Shown: positions 30,691 to 39,564, counted from the first letter of the stretch. The stretch: 64,000 nucleotides of DNA from Candidatus Eremiobacteria bacterium (GCA_963758295.1 CAVWUU010000003.1:232724-296723), one strand, 5' to 3'. Numbers and translations: made by a program. The notes: generated by a model not told the origin, from the letters alone.

Positions 30691-31118
30691 ATGAAGAGCT
30701 GCTGCGGCCCCGCTTCGAACGCCGCGATTGCTTCCCGCCAGCGTTCCGGAATTGGAATAGTCGTGTGATTCACAAAGTCATAGGCCACGACGGTCGTGAC
30801 GCCATAGGCCGCTCGCCGGTTCTTTGTGTTGCTCCAAATCTCGTAATAGAAGTCCCACGACTTGCCGCCGACGCGCGAAATCTTCACGCCGATTGCGATT
30901 TCTTCCCGATACTGCAGTTCGCGTTCGTAGGTGAAATTGATGGTGGCCTGGATCATGCCCATGTCACCGTTGATCGGCGTTTGCATCACGCGCGCGAAGT
31001 ATTCGGCACGCACCATTTCACACCAGCGAATATATGCCACGTTGTTCACATGCTGCATCATGTCGACGTCGGAGAACGGGATGGTGAAACGGGATACCAG
31101 CGGAAAGCCTTCGAGCAT
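30687..31118 (-). CDS. Acyl-CoA thioesterase (4HBT/YbgC family)
   Basis: DVDMMQHVNNVAY motif. Confidence 0.9.
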   Translation of the reverse strand: MLEGFPLVSRFTIPFSDVDMMQHVNNVAYIRWCEMVRAEYFARVMQTPINGDMGMIQATINFTYERELQYREEIAIGVKISRVGGKSWDFYYEIWSNTKNRRAAYGVTTVVAYDFVNHTTIPIPERWREAIAAFEAGPQQLFI

Positions 31119-31209
31119 GGCCAGCTCGATTCTACCGTACGCGCTGGACAACATGCGCAGGATACGATAAACTCCCGTTTGTCCAACTCCGTGCCGCTCG
31201 GCGGCTTTC

Positions 31210-31284
31210 GGGCGCGTAGCTCAGTGGGAGAGCATCCGCTTCACACGCGGGGGGTCGTTGGTTCAATCCCAACCGTGCCCACCA
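31210..31284 (+). tRNA. tRNA-Val(CAC)
   Basis: Cloverleaf, anticodon loop TTCACAC, CCA end. Confidence 0.97.
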
Positions 31285-31292
31285 TTTCGAAA

Positions 31293-31324
31293 AAGAGGAA
31301 AGCCTTACCGGGCTTTCCTTCTTT
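31293..31324 (+). terminator. Intrinsic terminator after tRNA-Val
   Basis: AGGAAAGCC...GGCTTTCCT hairpin followed by T-rich tail. Confidence 0.7.
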
Positions 31325-31342
31325 ATAACCGATCGCCGGCAT

Positions 31343-31633
31343 TCATTCGGATCTCTCGAGGGTTTGCTTGCCGTCCAGTCCGACTTTGAGAATTGGCTCG
31401 ATCGAGTTCGGGATGCCCCGGCGCTTCGTACAAAGATTCAGCTCGGCGCCGTACCGGCGCAGCATTTCCATGTTAGCCGGTGACACTGGAAGCTTCGGCT
31501 GCCTGACCTTCGCCATGCAAGCTTCCAACGCGCTGAACTCGCGGTGCTGCGCCGCGACAACCGCGGGCGGGACGCGCACGCACGCTGTCAGCACACACAG
31601 GCTCGCGAGGAGCAGAAGGGTTCCTCGTTTCAT
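31343..31633 (-). CDS. Small hypothetical lipoprotein
   Basis: MKR + hydrophobic stretch + LTAC lipobox. Confidence 0.6.
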   Translation of the reverse strand: MKRGTLLLLASLCVLTACVRVPPAVVAAQHREFSALEACMAKVRQPKLPVSPANMEMLRRYGAELNLCTKRRGIPNSIEPILKVGLDGKQTLERSE

Positions 31634-31653
31634 CGTGGAGTGGTTCTTTGCGC

Positions 31654-31682
31654 TTGACCGAGCGCCTTCGGTAGGGTACACT
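31654..31682 (+). promoter_or_regulatory. Sigma70-type promoter for tRNA-Asp
   Basis: TTGACC-17 nt-TACACT. Confidence 0.7.
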
Positions 31683-31725
31683 CTCGCCTTGTGGCGAAAC
31701 GACGTCACACGAGCAAGATGGCGAT

Positions 31726-31802
31726 GGCGCTGTAGCTCAGTTGGTTAGAGCGCCGCCCTGTCACGGCGGAGGTCATGGGTTCGAGCCCCACCAGCGTCGC
31801 CA
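31726..31802 (+). tRNA. tRNA-Asp(GTC)
   Basis: Cloverleaf, anticodon loop CTGTCAC, CCA end. Confidence 0.97.
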
Positions 31803-31807
31803 TTCTA

Positions 31808-31849
31808 AGGAGTTCCGGTTATAAACGTACCGGGACTCCTTTGTTTTTG
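31808..31849 (+). terminator. Intrinsic terminator after tRNA-Asp
   Basis: AAGGAGTTCCGGT...ACCGGGACTCCTT followed by T-tract. Confidence 0.75.
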
Positions 31850-31956
31850 TCTCCTCACAGGCGCTGGTCATTGCACCGAGGTACCGTACTAAGGACGGAG
31901 ATTGAGGGTGCGCAACGTTGACATGAGCGGGTCGTTGGCTCAGAGGAGACCATCTT

Positions 31957-32406
31957 ATGATGCTTGGGCGGATAGCGCTAGTCGCGCTTCTCGCACTTTC
32001 AATATGGAGCGCCGCCGGTGTTGCAATCGCGGCGGAAACCACATATACGTTGCCCCAAGACTTGCACTGGATTCCCGACAGGACTAATGGCGCGCCTCCC
32101 GGCGCTTTCTACGCGGTTCTTCACGGGAAGGATAGCGATAAATGCGGTGAGCTCGTGCGAGAGAAGTTCCCCGACGGGTTCGTTTACCCGTGGCACGTAA
32201 ACAAAACGTATAACATTTACACGGTGCTTAGCGGAACACTCGTCATCGGTTTTAGCAAGCGTCATAGCAAATCAGCCGAGAAGGTTTTGTCTTTCGGTTC
32301 CGTTATGCAAGGGCTCGACGCCGAGCCGCACTACGGTCGCGCTATTGGCGAAACCGTTTTTGACGTGTACGGCCCTCCATGCGAGATGTTGAAGAAAACA
32401 AAGTAG
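31957..32406 (+). CDS. Secreted cupin-domain protein (DUF4437-like)
   Basis: AGGAG RBS, signal peptide, PWH...VLSG...PHY cupin pattern. Confidence 0.7.
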   Translation: MMLGRIALVALLALSIWSAAGVAIAAETTYTLPQDLHWIPDRTNGAPPGAFYAVLHGKDSDKCGELVREKFPDGFVYPWHVNKTYNIYTVLSGTLVIGFSKRHSKSAEKVLSFGSVMQGLDAEPHYGRAIGETVFDVYGPPCEMLKKTK

Positions 32407-32457
32407 GCCGCCCTGTCACGGCGGAAGTCATGGGCTCCATGCCTCACCAGCGCGCCA
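32407..32457 (+). repeat. Degenerate copy of the tRNA-Asp 3' part (att-like direct repeat)
   Basis: GCCGCCCTGTCACGGCGGA identical to the tRNA, then a diverged T-arm and acceptor ending GCCA. Confidence 0.85.
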
Positions 32458-32543
32458 TTTGAAAATCCCCGGTACCTTTGTGCCGGGGCATTTTTGTTCT
32501 ATACTAGCAGCCTGCCTAGTAATGCGCTCAAGAGAGGTGCATC

Positions 32544-32813
32544 ATGTTCGTTTCTGTGATCCATCGCATTAGCGACCCCGATCGTTTCTTTGAAATGGCC
32601 GGCGGCACTGCCGGTCAACTCCCTTCCGATTTGCGCTTACCACAATCCATCAGCAATGCAGATCGCTCCACAACCATTTGTCTTTGGGAGGCGCCGTCTG
32701 TAGCGCGCGTGCGAGAGTTTCTCGAACCCCTTACAGCCGGCATTTGCGAAAACGAGTACGCCGAAGTCAGCGTCGCTTTGTCCAGTGGCCTACCGGCCGC
32801 CACGGTCGTGTAA
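32544..32813 (+). CDS. Small hypothetical protein (DUF4242-like)
   Basis: GAGG RBS; TICLWEAPS motif. Confidence 0.65.
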   Translation: MFVSVIHRISDPDRFFEMAGGTAGQLPSDLRLPQSISNADRSTTICLWEAPSVARVREFLEPLTAGICENEYAEVSVALSSGLPAATVV

Positions 32814-32839
32814 CTCGCTCTCTTCGTTTCCCTAATGAA

Positions 32840-32872
32840 GAAACCCGGACGTCAGGTCCCGGGCTTCTTTGG
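32840..32872. terminator. Probable bidirectional terminator
   Basis: AAGAAACCCGGAC...GTCCCGGGCTTCTT hairpin between convergent ORFs. Confidence 0.55.
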
Positions 32873-33562
32873 TATAGGATTCTACTCGCATACGTGTCTG
32901 GAACAGGCTCACTCAGTAAATCCATACCGCTTGCGGAGTTGCGCATTACCGTGATGGCGCGTGCGTTCTTACGCTGGAGGTTGGCCTCAATGAACCAGCC
33001 GGATGGCGCATTTGCATCGACGTCGCAATAGCAAACCACTCGCACCGGATATGTGGGCCCACCATTTTCGCGCTCGACTGCCGGGCAATGACGGTCGTTC
33101 GTGCACCACATGATGACTTGCCAACGATAACCGGTAGGATTGCGCTTCACTAGATTGGAGACGCCGTCTACCCGTTTGGCGAGTTGTATTGCGGCCGTGT
33201 CGCCGTGGACATATTCGCCGGTGAACAGCTCACCATTGCCGTGGGCAGCTTCGACGGGTGTGTCGATTTCCAGCTCTGGTCTAATTGAAATAACGGAGGC
33301 AACTGCTAATTGTTCCGCCGCAGAACGGTTCCCAGTCCGGCGGAATCAATAGCGTTTCTCCGCAGCAGGCGCAGTTGGTCCACACCGCTTCGCCGTCTTT
33401 GAACGCGTTATCCGGGTCTCCACGCCGGACGTAACGCTTGTCGTCGTCTGAAAACATAAGAGGCCAGGATATTACCATCACGGCCTCCATGTCAATATTT
33501 TACCGGGGATCGTCGTATAAGTAAGTCCGTCACGGCTTTACGCGTTCGTTCATTGCACGTGC

Positions 33563-34222
33563 ATGAAGGTACGCGCAAATCGTCTTTTGGTTTCTGCCCT
33601 CGGACTTTCGGCGTGCGTGCATTTTGCGTTCGCCATTGCCGTTCGGCCGATGCCGGCCATTGCTGCGCACGAAGAGCGGCCTCCGACACACATCTACATC
33701 ATAAAACGACAGCCGCCGCCTGCACCGAAGCCAACTCCGCCGCCACCGATGAAACCACAAGTTGCCGTGCATGCTGCTCGAGCGCACAAGACTGCGCCGT
33801 TTCATCCACGTTTGATCGCGACGAAGAATCGTCCTGACGCGCCCACAGAATCACCTGTTGTTGCGAAAGCCCCGCTTTCAGAAGGGCTTTCAGCGCCTGG
33901 TCCGGCGGCGAGCGCGGCGCCGGCCGCAACGGCAATCCCAAAGCCCTCGTGTTCAACGCCGTTTGCGCCCGCTGTTGCAACCGACCCCGTTTCAGCAACG
34001 GTGCCCGACGGTTTCGAAGGCGAGAGTGCCGTCGCTCAGGTTCGCGTAACGCTCGATGCTGCCGGAAATGTGACAGATGCAGCCATCTATCGCTCGGCCG
34101 GGAACGTCTTATTGGATCGCTCGGCTCTCGCGGCTGCGAAACTATCACGCTATCGCGCTGAGATTCGCGATTGCGAACCGGCCGGCGGTTCGTATCTCTT
34201 CACCGTGGAGTTTCAATCGTAA
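33563..34222 (+). CDS. TonB family protein
   Basis: N-terminal TM with S..xH, Pro-rich linker, C-terminal G.V......LD.SAL.AA domain. Confidence 0.8.
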   Translation: MKVRANRLLVSALGLSACVHFAFAIAVRPMPAIAAHEERPPTHIYIIKRQPPPAPKPTPPPPMKPQVAVHAARAHKTAPFHPRLIATKNRPDAPTESPVVAKAPLSEGLSAPGPAASAAPAATAIPKPSCSTPFAPAVATDPVSATVPDGFEGESAVAQVRVTLDAAGNVTDAAIYRSAGNVLLDRSALAAAKLSRYRAEIRDCEPAGGSYLFTVEFQS

Positions 34223-34242
34223 CGCGCCGCGAGGAGTATGTG

Positions 34243-35115
34243 ATGGTCCGATCGTTCACCTTAGCCGCCCTTCTATTTGCGTTGGCCGCTTCGCCGGCGC
34301 CAAGTGCGCCGTTGGATGCGAGCGCATTCAGCTATAGCGCCGATGCGCCGCTGAATATCAGCTACGGAAGCACGACTACACGCGAGGGTATTGCAGTGCG
34401 CGCGATTTCCTTCACATCCAAGACGCATCGCGTAACGGGCAATATCATCCAAGGTGCGGGCAACGATCCGCATCCGGGGGTGCTGTGGGTGCACTGGCTT
34501 GGCGATCCCGCGACGACAAATCACACGGAATTCGAAAAAGACGCGGTGACGCTTGCGCACCGCGGCGTGACGTCTTTGCTCATCGATGCGATGTGGTCGG
34601 CGCCGAATTGGTTCGACAAGGGCCGCACGACCCGCACCGACTACGCCAACTCCGTCACTCAAGTCGTCGATCTTCGTCGTTCGCTTGACGTGCTGCTTGC
34701 GCAACGGAATATTGCCAAAGATCGCATCGCGTATGTAGGGCACGACTTCGGCTCGATGTACGGAGCGGTGCTCTCCGGCGTCGATTCGCGAGCGAAAATC
34801 TACGTCTTGATGGCCGGCACTACCTCGTTCTCGGAATGGTATTTGCTCGGTGCCAAACCGGCAAACGTGCAAGGCTACGTCGAAGAAATGAAACCGCTCG
34901 ATCCTCTTCCGTACCTTACGCGTTCAAAAGCGCGCGCATTCTACTTCCAGTTTAGCGCGCGCGATAAGTACATCGCGCGGGACCGCGCCTTCGCGTTCTT
35001 CAATGCCGCGCCGCTCCCGCGTGCGATGGCGTTGTACGAGGTCGATCATTCACTCGCAACGCCCGCCGCATATGCCGATCGGATTACGTGGCTGGAAGAG
35101 AAGCTCGGCGTCTAG
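34243..35115 (+). CDS. Secreted alpha/beta hydrolase-like protein
   Basis: Signal peptide; GHDFG at the nucleophile elbow; GGAG RBS. Confidence 0.75.
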   Translation: MVRSFTLAALLFALAASPAPSAPLDASAFSYSADAPLNISYGSTTTREGIAVRAISFTSKTHRVTGNIIQGAGNDPHPGVLWVHWLGDPATTNHTEFEKDAVTLAHRGVTSLLIDAMWSAPNWFDKGRTTRTDYANSVTQVVDLRRSLDVLLAQRNIAKDRIAYVGHDFGSMYGAVLSGVDSRAKIYVLMAGTTSFSEWYLLGAKPANVQGYVEEMKPLDPLPYLTRSKARAFYFQFSARDKYIARDRAFAFFNAAPLPRAMALYEVDHSLATPAAYADRITWLEEKLGV

Positions 35116-35447
35116 TAGAGACGAACGCCGTTCGGGACATCGTCAAAATCCGGCCGAATCAGCACGACGTTTCCTTCGGGGTCGTCCACGCCCAAAACCA
35201 GAACATCGCTCGTGAAATCAGCGATGCGTTTCGGCGGGAAATTGATGACACCAAGAACGCGCCGTCCGACGAGATCCGCGCAATCATAACGCTGCGTTAT
35301 TTGCGCGCTGGACCGGCGTACACCGATCTCGCCGCCGAAATCTATCGTAAGTTGATAAGCGGGCTTTCGAGCTTTCAGAAAAGGCTCGGCTGCGACAATA
35401 GTCCCTACGCGAATATCGACGGCGTCAAAAGCGTCCAACGTGTTCAC
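35112..35447 (-). CDS. csaA: tRNA-binding protein / chaperone CsaA
   Basis: DIRVGTI, KPAY, SSAQIT, NFPPKRIA..SDVLVLG. Confidence 0.9.
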   Translation of the reverse strand: MNTLDAFDAVDIRVGTIVAAEPFLKARKPAYQLTIDFGGEIGVRRSSAQITQRYDCADLVGRRVLGVINFPPKRIADFTSDVLVLGVDDPEGNVVLIRPDFDDVPNGVRLY

Positions 35448-35468
35448 GGAATTCCGTTTCTCAGAAAG

Positions 35469-35593
35469 GTCCTGACCCCCCCTTATCGAACCCAGCGCGG
35501 TCGCCCGGTGACGAACGCTCGTTCTCGAGGGCACGAACAGGAAGTTCGTGCTGTTTTCACCCGGGACGGCGGCGTCCGAGGCGTAGGGCTCGG
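35469..35593. ncRNA. Candidate structured RNA of unknown class
   Basis: Long imperfect stem capped by two hairpins, judged by eye. Confidence 0.3.
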
Positions 35594-35601
35594 TGAAATA
35601 T

Positions 35602-35677
35602 GCCAAGGTAGCTCAGTCGGTAGAGCACGCGCCTGAAAAGTGCGGTGTCGCCGGTTCGATTCCGGCCCTTGGCACCA
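35602..35677 (+). tRNA. tRNA-Phe(GAA)
   Basis: Cloverleaf, anticodon loop CTGAAAA, CCA end. Confidence 0.97.
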
Positions 35678-35684
35678 CTTCGGG

Positions 35685-35718
35685 AAAGCCCGGAAGCGTA
35701 AATTGCTCCCGGGCTTTT
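35685..35718 (+). terminator. Intrinsic terminator after tRNA-Phe
   Basis: AAAGCCCGGAAGC...GCTCCCGGGCTTTT. Confidence 0.75.
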
Positions 35719-35832
35719 GCATTGGAGTGGCCGGCGTAGTCCGGAAAGACCATGCGCGAACGCACGAGAATGCGGATCGGCGTTGAATCTAGAGGCCAGG
35801 CAGCCGATAATTCGATTGGCGGGTCATCGATT

Positions 35833-36675
35833 GTGAAAGGGACAGCATTGTTCGGTCGCTTCTTTCGTTTTGTTTTTGTTCCGGCGCTGGTCGCCTCGAC
35901 CGCACTCGCGGCGCTGCCCGCCACGGCGGCCCCGTTGAATGTCGGCTCGGACGTGTCGTACGCGCCGCTTGAGTTTTACGGCTCGGCACATCAGATGCAA
36001 GGCTTCGATATCGATCTCGCGCACGCGCTGAGCGCGAAGCTCGGAACGGCCGTCTCCATCAAAAACCACCAATTTGATTCGCTCCTCGGCGACGTCGCTC
36101 ACGGACAAATCGACCTTGGAATCTCCGCCATCTCCGACACGCGCGCTCGCGAGAAGCAAGTCGACTTCGTCGATTATCTGCTCGCCGGCAGCGGCATGTT
36201 GGTCCCGGCCGGTAATCCCAAACATGTTTTCGATCTCCGCGCACTCTGCGGGTTGAAAGTCGACGTGCAGAAAGGCACGTCGCAAGAGACGGACCTAGAG
36301 GCGCAGTCCAAGCGCTGCGAAGCCGTGCACTTGGCGCCCATTTCGATCGTGAGCTTCAAAACCGACGATGAAGGCTTTACGGCATTTCGCGCGGGCAAGT
36401 CCGACGTGCACGTGACCGATTATCCGGTCGTCGCCTACCTGGCAAAGACGGCGTCCGGCGGGGAGAAATACGAAGTTGCGGGACGCCAGTTCGCCCTGGT
36501 CCCATACGGCATTGCCGTCAAGAAAGGAAACGCCGCGCTGCGCGGCCGGCTCGTCGACGCCATGCACTCCGTGATCGCCGACGGCACGTATCAGAAGCTG
36601 TTGAAGAAGTGGGGGCTTGAACAAGGCGCATTACGAAGCGCGCCGCTCAACGCCGGAACGCTCTTCGAGAAATAA
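35833..36675 (+). CDS. Polar amino acid ABC transporter substrate-binding protein
   Basis: YAPLEF, GFDIDL, R.KQVDF..Y, YGIAV, DGTY..L.KKW; start approximate. Confidence 0.9.
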   Translation: MKGTALFGRFFRFVFVPALVASTALAALPATAAPLNVGSDVSYAPLEFYGSAHQMQGFDIDLAHALSAKLGTAVSIKNHQFDSLLGDVAHGQIDLGISAISDTRAREKQVDFVDYLLAGSGMLVPAGNPKHVFDLRALCGLKVDVQKGTSQETDLEAQSKRCEAVHLAPISIVSFKTDDEGFTAFRAGKSDVHVTDYPVVAYLAKTASGGEKYEVAGRQFALVPYGIAVKKGNAALRGRLVDAMHSVIADGTYQKLLKKWGLEQGALRSAPLNAGTLFEK

Positions 36676-36689
36676 GTCGATCGAGAAAG

Positions 36690-36720
36690 AAAGAAGCCCC
36701 GCGAATGCGGGGCTTCTTTT
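36690..36720. terminator. Bidirectional intrinsic terminator
   Basis: AAAGAAGCCCCGC-GAAT-GCGGGGCTTCTTTT. Confidence 0.85.
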
Positions 36721-37411
36721 ATTTTAAGTTCTTCGAGAGAAACTCGATGGCACGGCGCCAAGCAAGTTTTGCATACTCTTCGTGATAGTGGCCCAAGCCA
36801 GACTGACCCGGCTGATTTGGATTGTGGAACGCGTGCTTTGCATTGTAATGATGGAATTCGTGCGGCGTGCCGGCTTCTTTCAAGCGCGCTTCGATGCGTT
36901 CCGCTCCCGAGATCGGAAAGTGCTCGTCGTCGGTTGCCCAATGGCCTTGGAACGGAATCTTGATGCGGCCCACATCGCCCGCTTCCGGCGGCGGGTAGCC
37001 GTAAAATGACACCGCTGCGTCGAGCTCCGGAACGTACATGGCGCTAAGCACTGCAAGCGCCCCGCCCATGCAAAAGCCGATGGCGCCGACCTTCGCACTG
37101 CCCGTTGACTTCAAGTACTGCGTGGCTCCTCGAGCGTCCTGATTCGCGGCGTCGCCGAAGTCCAAACCCTCCATAAGGTGATTGGCTTCGTCGCCCCGCG
37201 CGGCCGTGCGCCCGCGAAATAAGTCCGGGACGATAACGCGGAAGCCCGATGCCGCAAGATCGTCCGCCATGCGGCGGATGTAATTGGTAATGCCCCACCA
37301 CTCTTCGAGCATCACAACGCCCGGAGCGTTGGAGCCGCCTGAGGCGGGCTCGGCGTAGTAACCGGGTGCGGTTTTGCCGTCGGGACGGCTGAACTCGATG
37401 GTCTTGCCCAT
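36719..37411 (-). CDS. Dienelactone hydrolase family protein
   Basis: EWWG, GFCMGG, HAF. Confidence 0.92.
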   Translation of the reverse strand: MGKTIEFSRPDGKTAPGYYAEPASGGSNAPGVVMLEEWWGITNYIRRMADDLAASGFRVIVPDLFRGRTAARGDEANHLMEGLDFGDAANQDARGATQYLKSTGSAKVGAIGFCMGGALAVLSAMYVPELDAAVSFYGYPPPEAGDVGRIKIPFQGHWATDDEHFPISGAERIEARLKEAGTPHEFHHYNAKHAFHNPNQPGQSGLGHYHEEYAKLAWRRAIEFLSKNLK

Positions 37412-37755
37412 CAAGGGCCTTCCTCGGAATCTTGCCGGTCCAGGTTTTCGATCTTCTCTTTGACGAGCCAGTCATTCGCGGCTTGAATTCGATCGGACGA
37501 CGTGCGCTCCGTAAGCCAGGAATGGATCGATTCGTCCGTGGCGTGCGTCTGAATCGCCATGTCGAATTGATCCGGTGTGATCCCCCAGCGCTCCATGACG
37601 CCTTGATCCATAGGACACGGGTAAATGTAGTCGTGAATCGTGCCGGCCGCGTTCGCGCGCGCCTTGTCGTAAACGCGCGCAAGCCAAAGAGCCTCGCCGA
37701 TTGGCTGGCGGCCGCGTCGCGGGAATGTCTTTCCATCTCGAAAATCGGTAGCCAT
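37411..37755 (-). CDS. DUF5069-like protein
   Basis: PR...LAR..DKARA...G...DY.Y.CPMD pattern. Confidence 0.75.
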   Translation of the reverse strand: MATDFRDGKTFPRRGRQPIGEALWLARVYDKARANAAGTIHDYIYPCPMDQGVMERWGITPDQFDMAIQTHATDESIHSWLTERTSSDRIQAANDWLVKEKIENLDRQDSEEGP

Positions 37756-37808
37756 AGCAATTCCTATATGTACTGCAAAGCCGGCAGAGTTCCAGCAAGG
37801 CAAGAAAC

Positions 37809-38501
37809 GTGACTGAAGCCTCGAAAGCGAGCGCCGTGAAAAACGAGCCACGATGGCACGGCGGCATCGCCGTTTTAGCCGCGTTGATCCTCTATATGCG
37901 TCTGCCGCCGAAGCTGTCGTTCGGCCCCTGGTGGGCGGCGCCGGTGCTCGTGCTGGTCCTCTTGATTCCGCTGCAAGTCTTCGGGCCGTTGCGCATGGGC
38001 TCCGAACGCCTGCTTCGTGCCGGAACGATTACGCTGGTTGCCGTGCTGATGTTCTTCAATGTGACGTCGGTCGTGAACCTCATCAACGATTTGGTAAACC
38101 AGCACGCCAAGCATTACGGCCCCACGGCGCACGACCTGCTCGGCTCCGGCGCGGTGATTTGGATGTCGAACGTCATCGTGTTCGCGTTATGGTTTTATGA
38201 ATTGGACGGCAAGGGCCCGGCGGTGCGCGCCCGTTGTGAGAGTGCGCGCGATTTTGTGCGAGCCGATTTTCTTTTCCCGCAAATGACGGTGGATCAGCGG
38301 CGCCTTCCGTGTGTGAACCCCGAGTGGAAACCGAAGCTCATCGACTACGTGTACTTGTCGTTTACGAACGCTCTCGCGTTCAGCCCAACGGACACGATGC
38401 CCCTCTCGCGCTGGGCGAAAACGTTGATGCTCGTCGAGTCGCTGATTTCGTTCGTTACGGTCGGCCTGATTTTGGCCCGTTCAGTGAATATCCTGAGTTA
38501 G
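37809..38501 (+). CDS. DUF1345-like membrane protein
   Basis: DFLFPQM, DYVYLSFTN..AFSPTD.MP. Confidence 0.8.
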   Translation: MTEASKASAVKNEPRWHGGIAVLAALILYMRLPPKLSFGPWWAAPVLVLVLLIPLQVFGPLRMGSERLLRAGTITLVAVLMFFNVTSVVNLINDLVNQHAKHYGPTAHDLLGSGAVIWMSNVIVFALWFYELDGKGPAVRARCESARDFVRADFLFPQMTVDQRRLPCVNPEWKPKLIDYVYLSFTNALAFSPTDTMPLSRWAKTLMLVESLISFVTVGLILARSVNILS

Positions 38502-39282
38502 GCGGATCGGCCGCAATTGCGGCGGCTACATGCGAGAATTCTCGGGGTTGAATTTGAATGTCGCCCCGAAACGGCAAATCGAACTCCGCAATCAACACTA
38601 GAATCGCGGCGATGACCGCGCTCAACGCGCACGTCATGATGAGATGCGCCCGGAAATTCTGGACCCGGAAAAAATAGGAACTCGAAATGGTGATCGCACT
38701 GATGAAGAAGAGCATCCACCACATGATGTGCGGAATGATCTGTGCGTTGGCGAATAGGCGCGAGCGCCGCGCATCGTTGAACGCATGTGTCACGGAAATC
38801 ATGTCGGCTTGCATGGCCTGTTGCGTTTCGTTCTGCGGCTTGAACGACGCTACGATGACGAGCGCGTCATAAGCATCGCGCCGCGCGAGCTCGCTCTCCC
38901 GGCCGAAACGCATCAGCGGCCATTCGTCATTCACCGTAACGTTCACGTACCGCCGGATTTCGTTTTGCAGCTGCCCTTTGAACGGTTGTGGAAGCGTCGC
39001 GCCGTCGTGATAGAGATCGCACAATGCGTTCACTTCGTTCTGTACCGTCGCGGCGGCTTGATCGTACTCTTGCCACACCGTCACAACCATGAACGAAAGA
39101 ACTACCGCCAAGATCGTTCCGAGCGTTGCAACTATCGCACCGGCGACGTCGTTATGAGTTATCTCGTCACGGCGCGGGAAGATGCGCCGGGTATAGAAAA
39201 GCCCGGCGGACGCAAGCGTCGTCGCGGTGAGAATGGCTCCGACGGCAAAAAGCCAAACCGGAATCGCATAGACCCAGGTCAT
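38455..39282 (-). CDS. DUF4239 / bestrophin-like membrane protein
   Basis: F.VV.VW, EW..M, R..R, D.PF.G motifs. Confidence 0.78.
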   Translation of the reverse strand: MTWVYAIPVWLFAVGAILTATTLASAGLFYTRRIFPRRDEITHNDVAGAIVATLGTILAVVLSFMVVTVWQEYDQAAATVQNEVNALCDLYHDGATLPQPFKGQLQNEIRRYVNVTVNDEWPLMRFGRESELARRDAYDALVIVASFKPQNETQQAMQADMISVTHAFNDARRSRLFANAQIIPHIMWWMLFFISAITISSSYFFRVQNFRAHLIMTCALSAVIAAILVLIAEFDLPFRGDIQIQPREFSHVAAAIAADPPNSGYSLNGPKSGRP

Positions 39283-39384
39283 GCGGTCCCAGCTTCTGTT
39301 AGGAAGGAATGCCTCCTTGGATGGGCCTCATTGTTTGTAGGAGCTGATGCGTGGGAAACGAATCGAACGCGCTGCTGTGGTCTC

Positions 39385-39458
39385 GCGGGTATGATGTAAT
39401 GGTAGCCTGCGACCTTCCCAAGGTTGACGCGTGGGTTCGATTCCCACTACCCGCTCCA
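39385..39458 (+). tRNA. tRNA-Gly(CCC)
   Basis: Cloverleaf, anticodon loop TTCCCAA, CCA end. Confidence 0.95.
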
Positions 39459-39479
39459 TACGGGGTGCAGCACAGTTGT

Positions 39480-39551
39480 GGCGACGTAGCCAAGTGGTAA
39501 GGCAGGGCTCTGCAAAAGCCCCATTCGGCAGTTCGAATCTGCCCGTCGCCT
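39480..39551 (+). tRNA. tRNA-Cys(GCA), CCA not encoded
   Basis: Cloverleaf, anticodon loop CTGCAAA, U discriminator. Confidence 0.95.
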
Positions 39552-39564
39552 CGGAATTTTCGTC

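Noticed and set aside
35461..35480. SRP RNA (GTCAGGACC on minus strand)
   Set aside because: The following GGAAG..AGCAG helix-8 motif is absent
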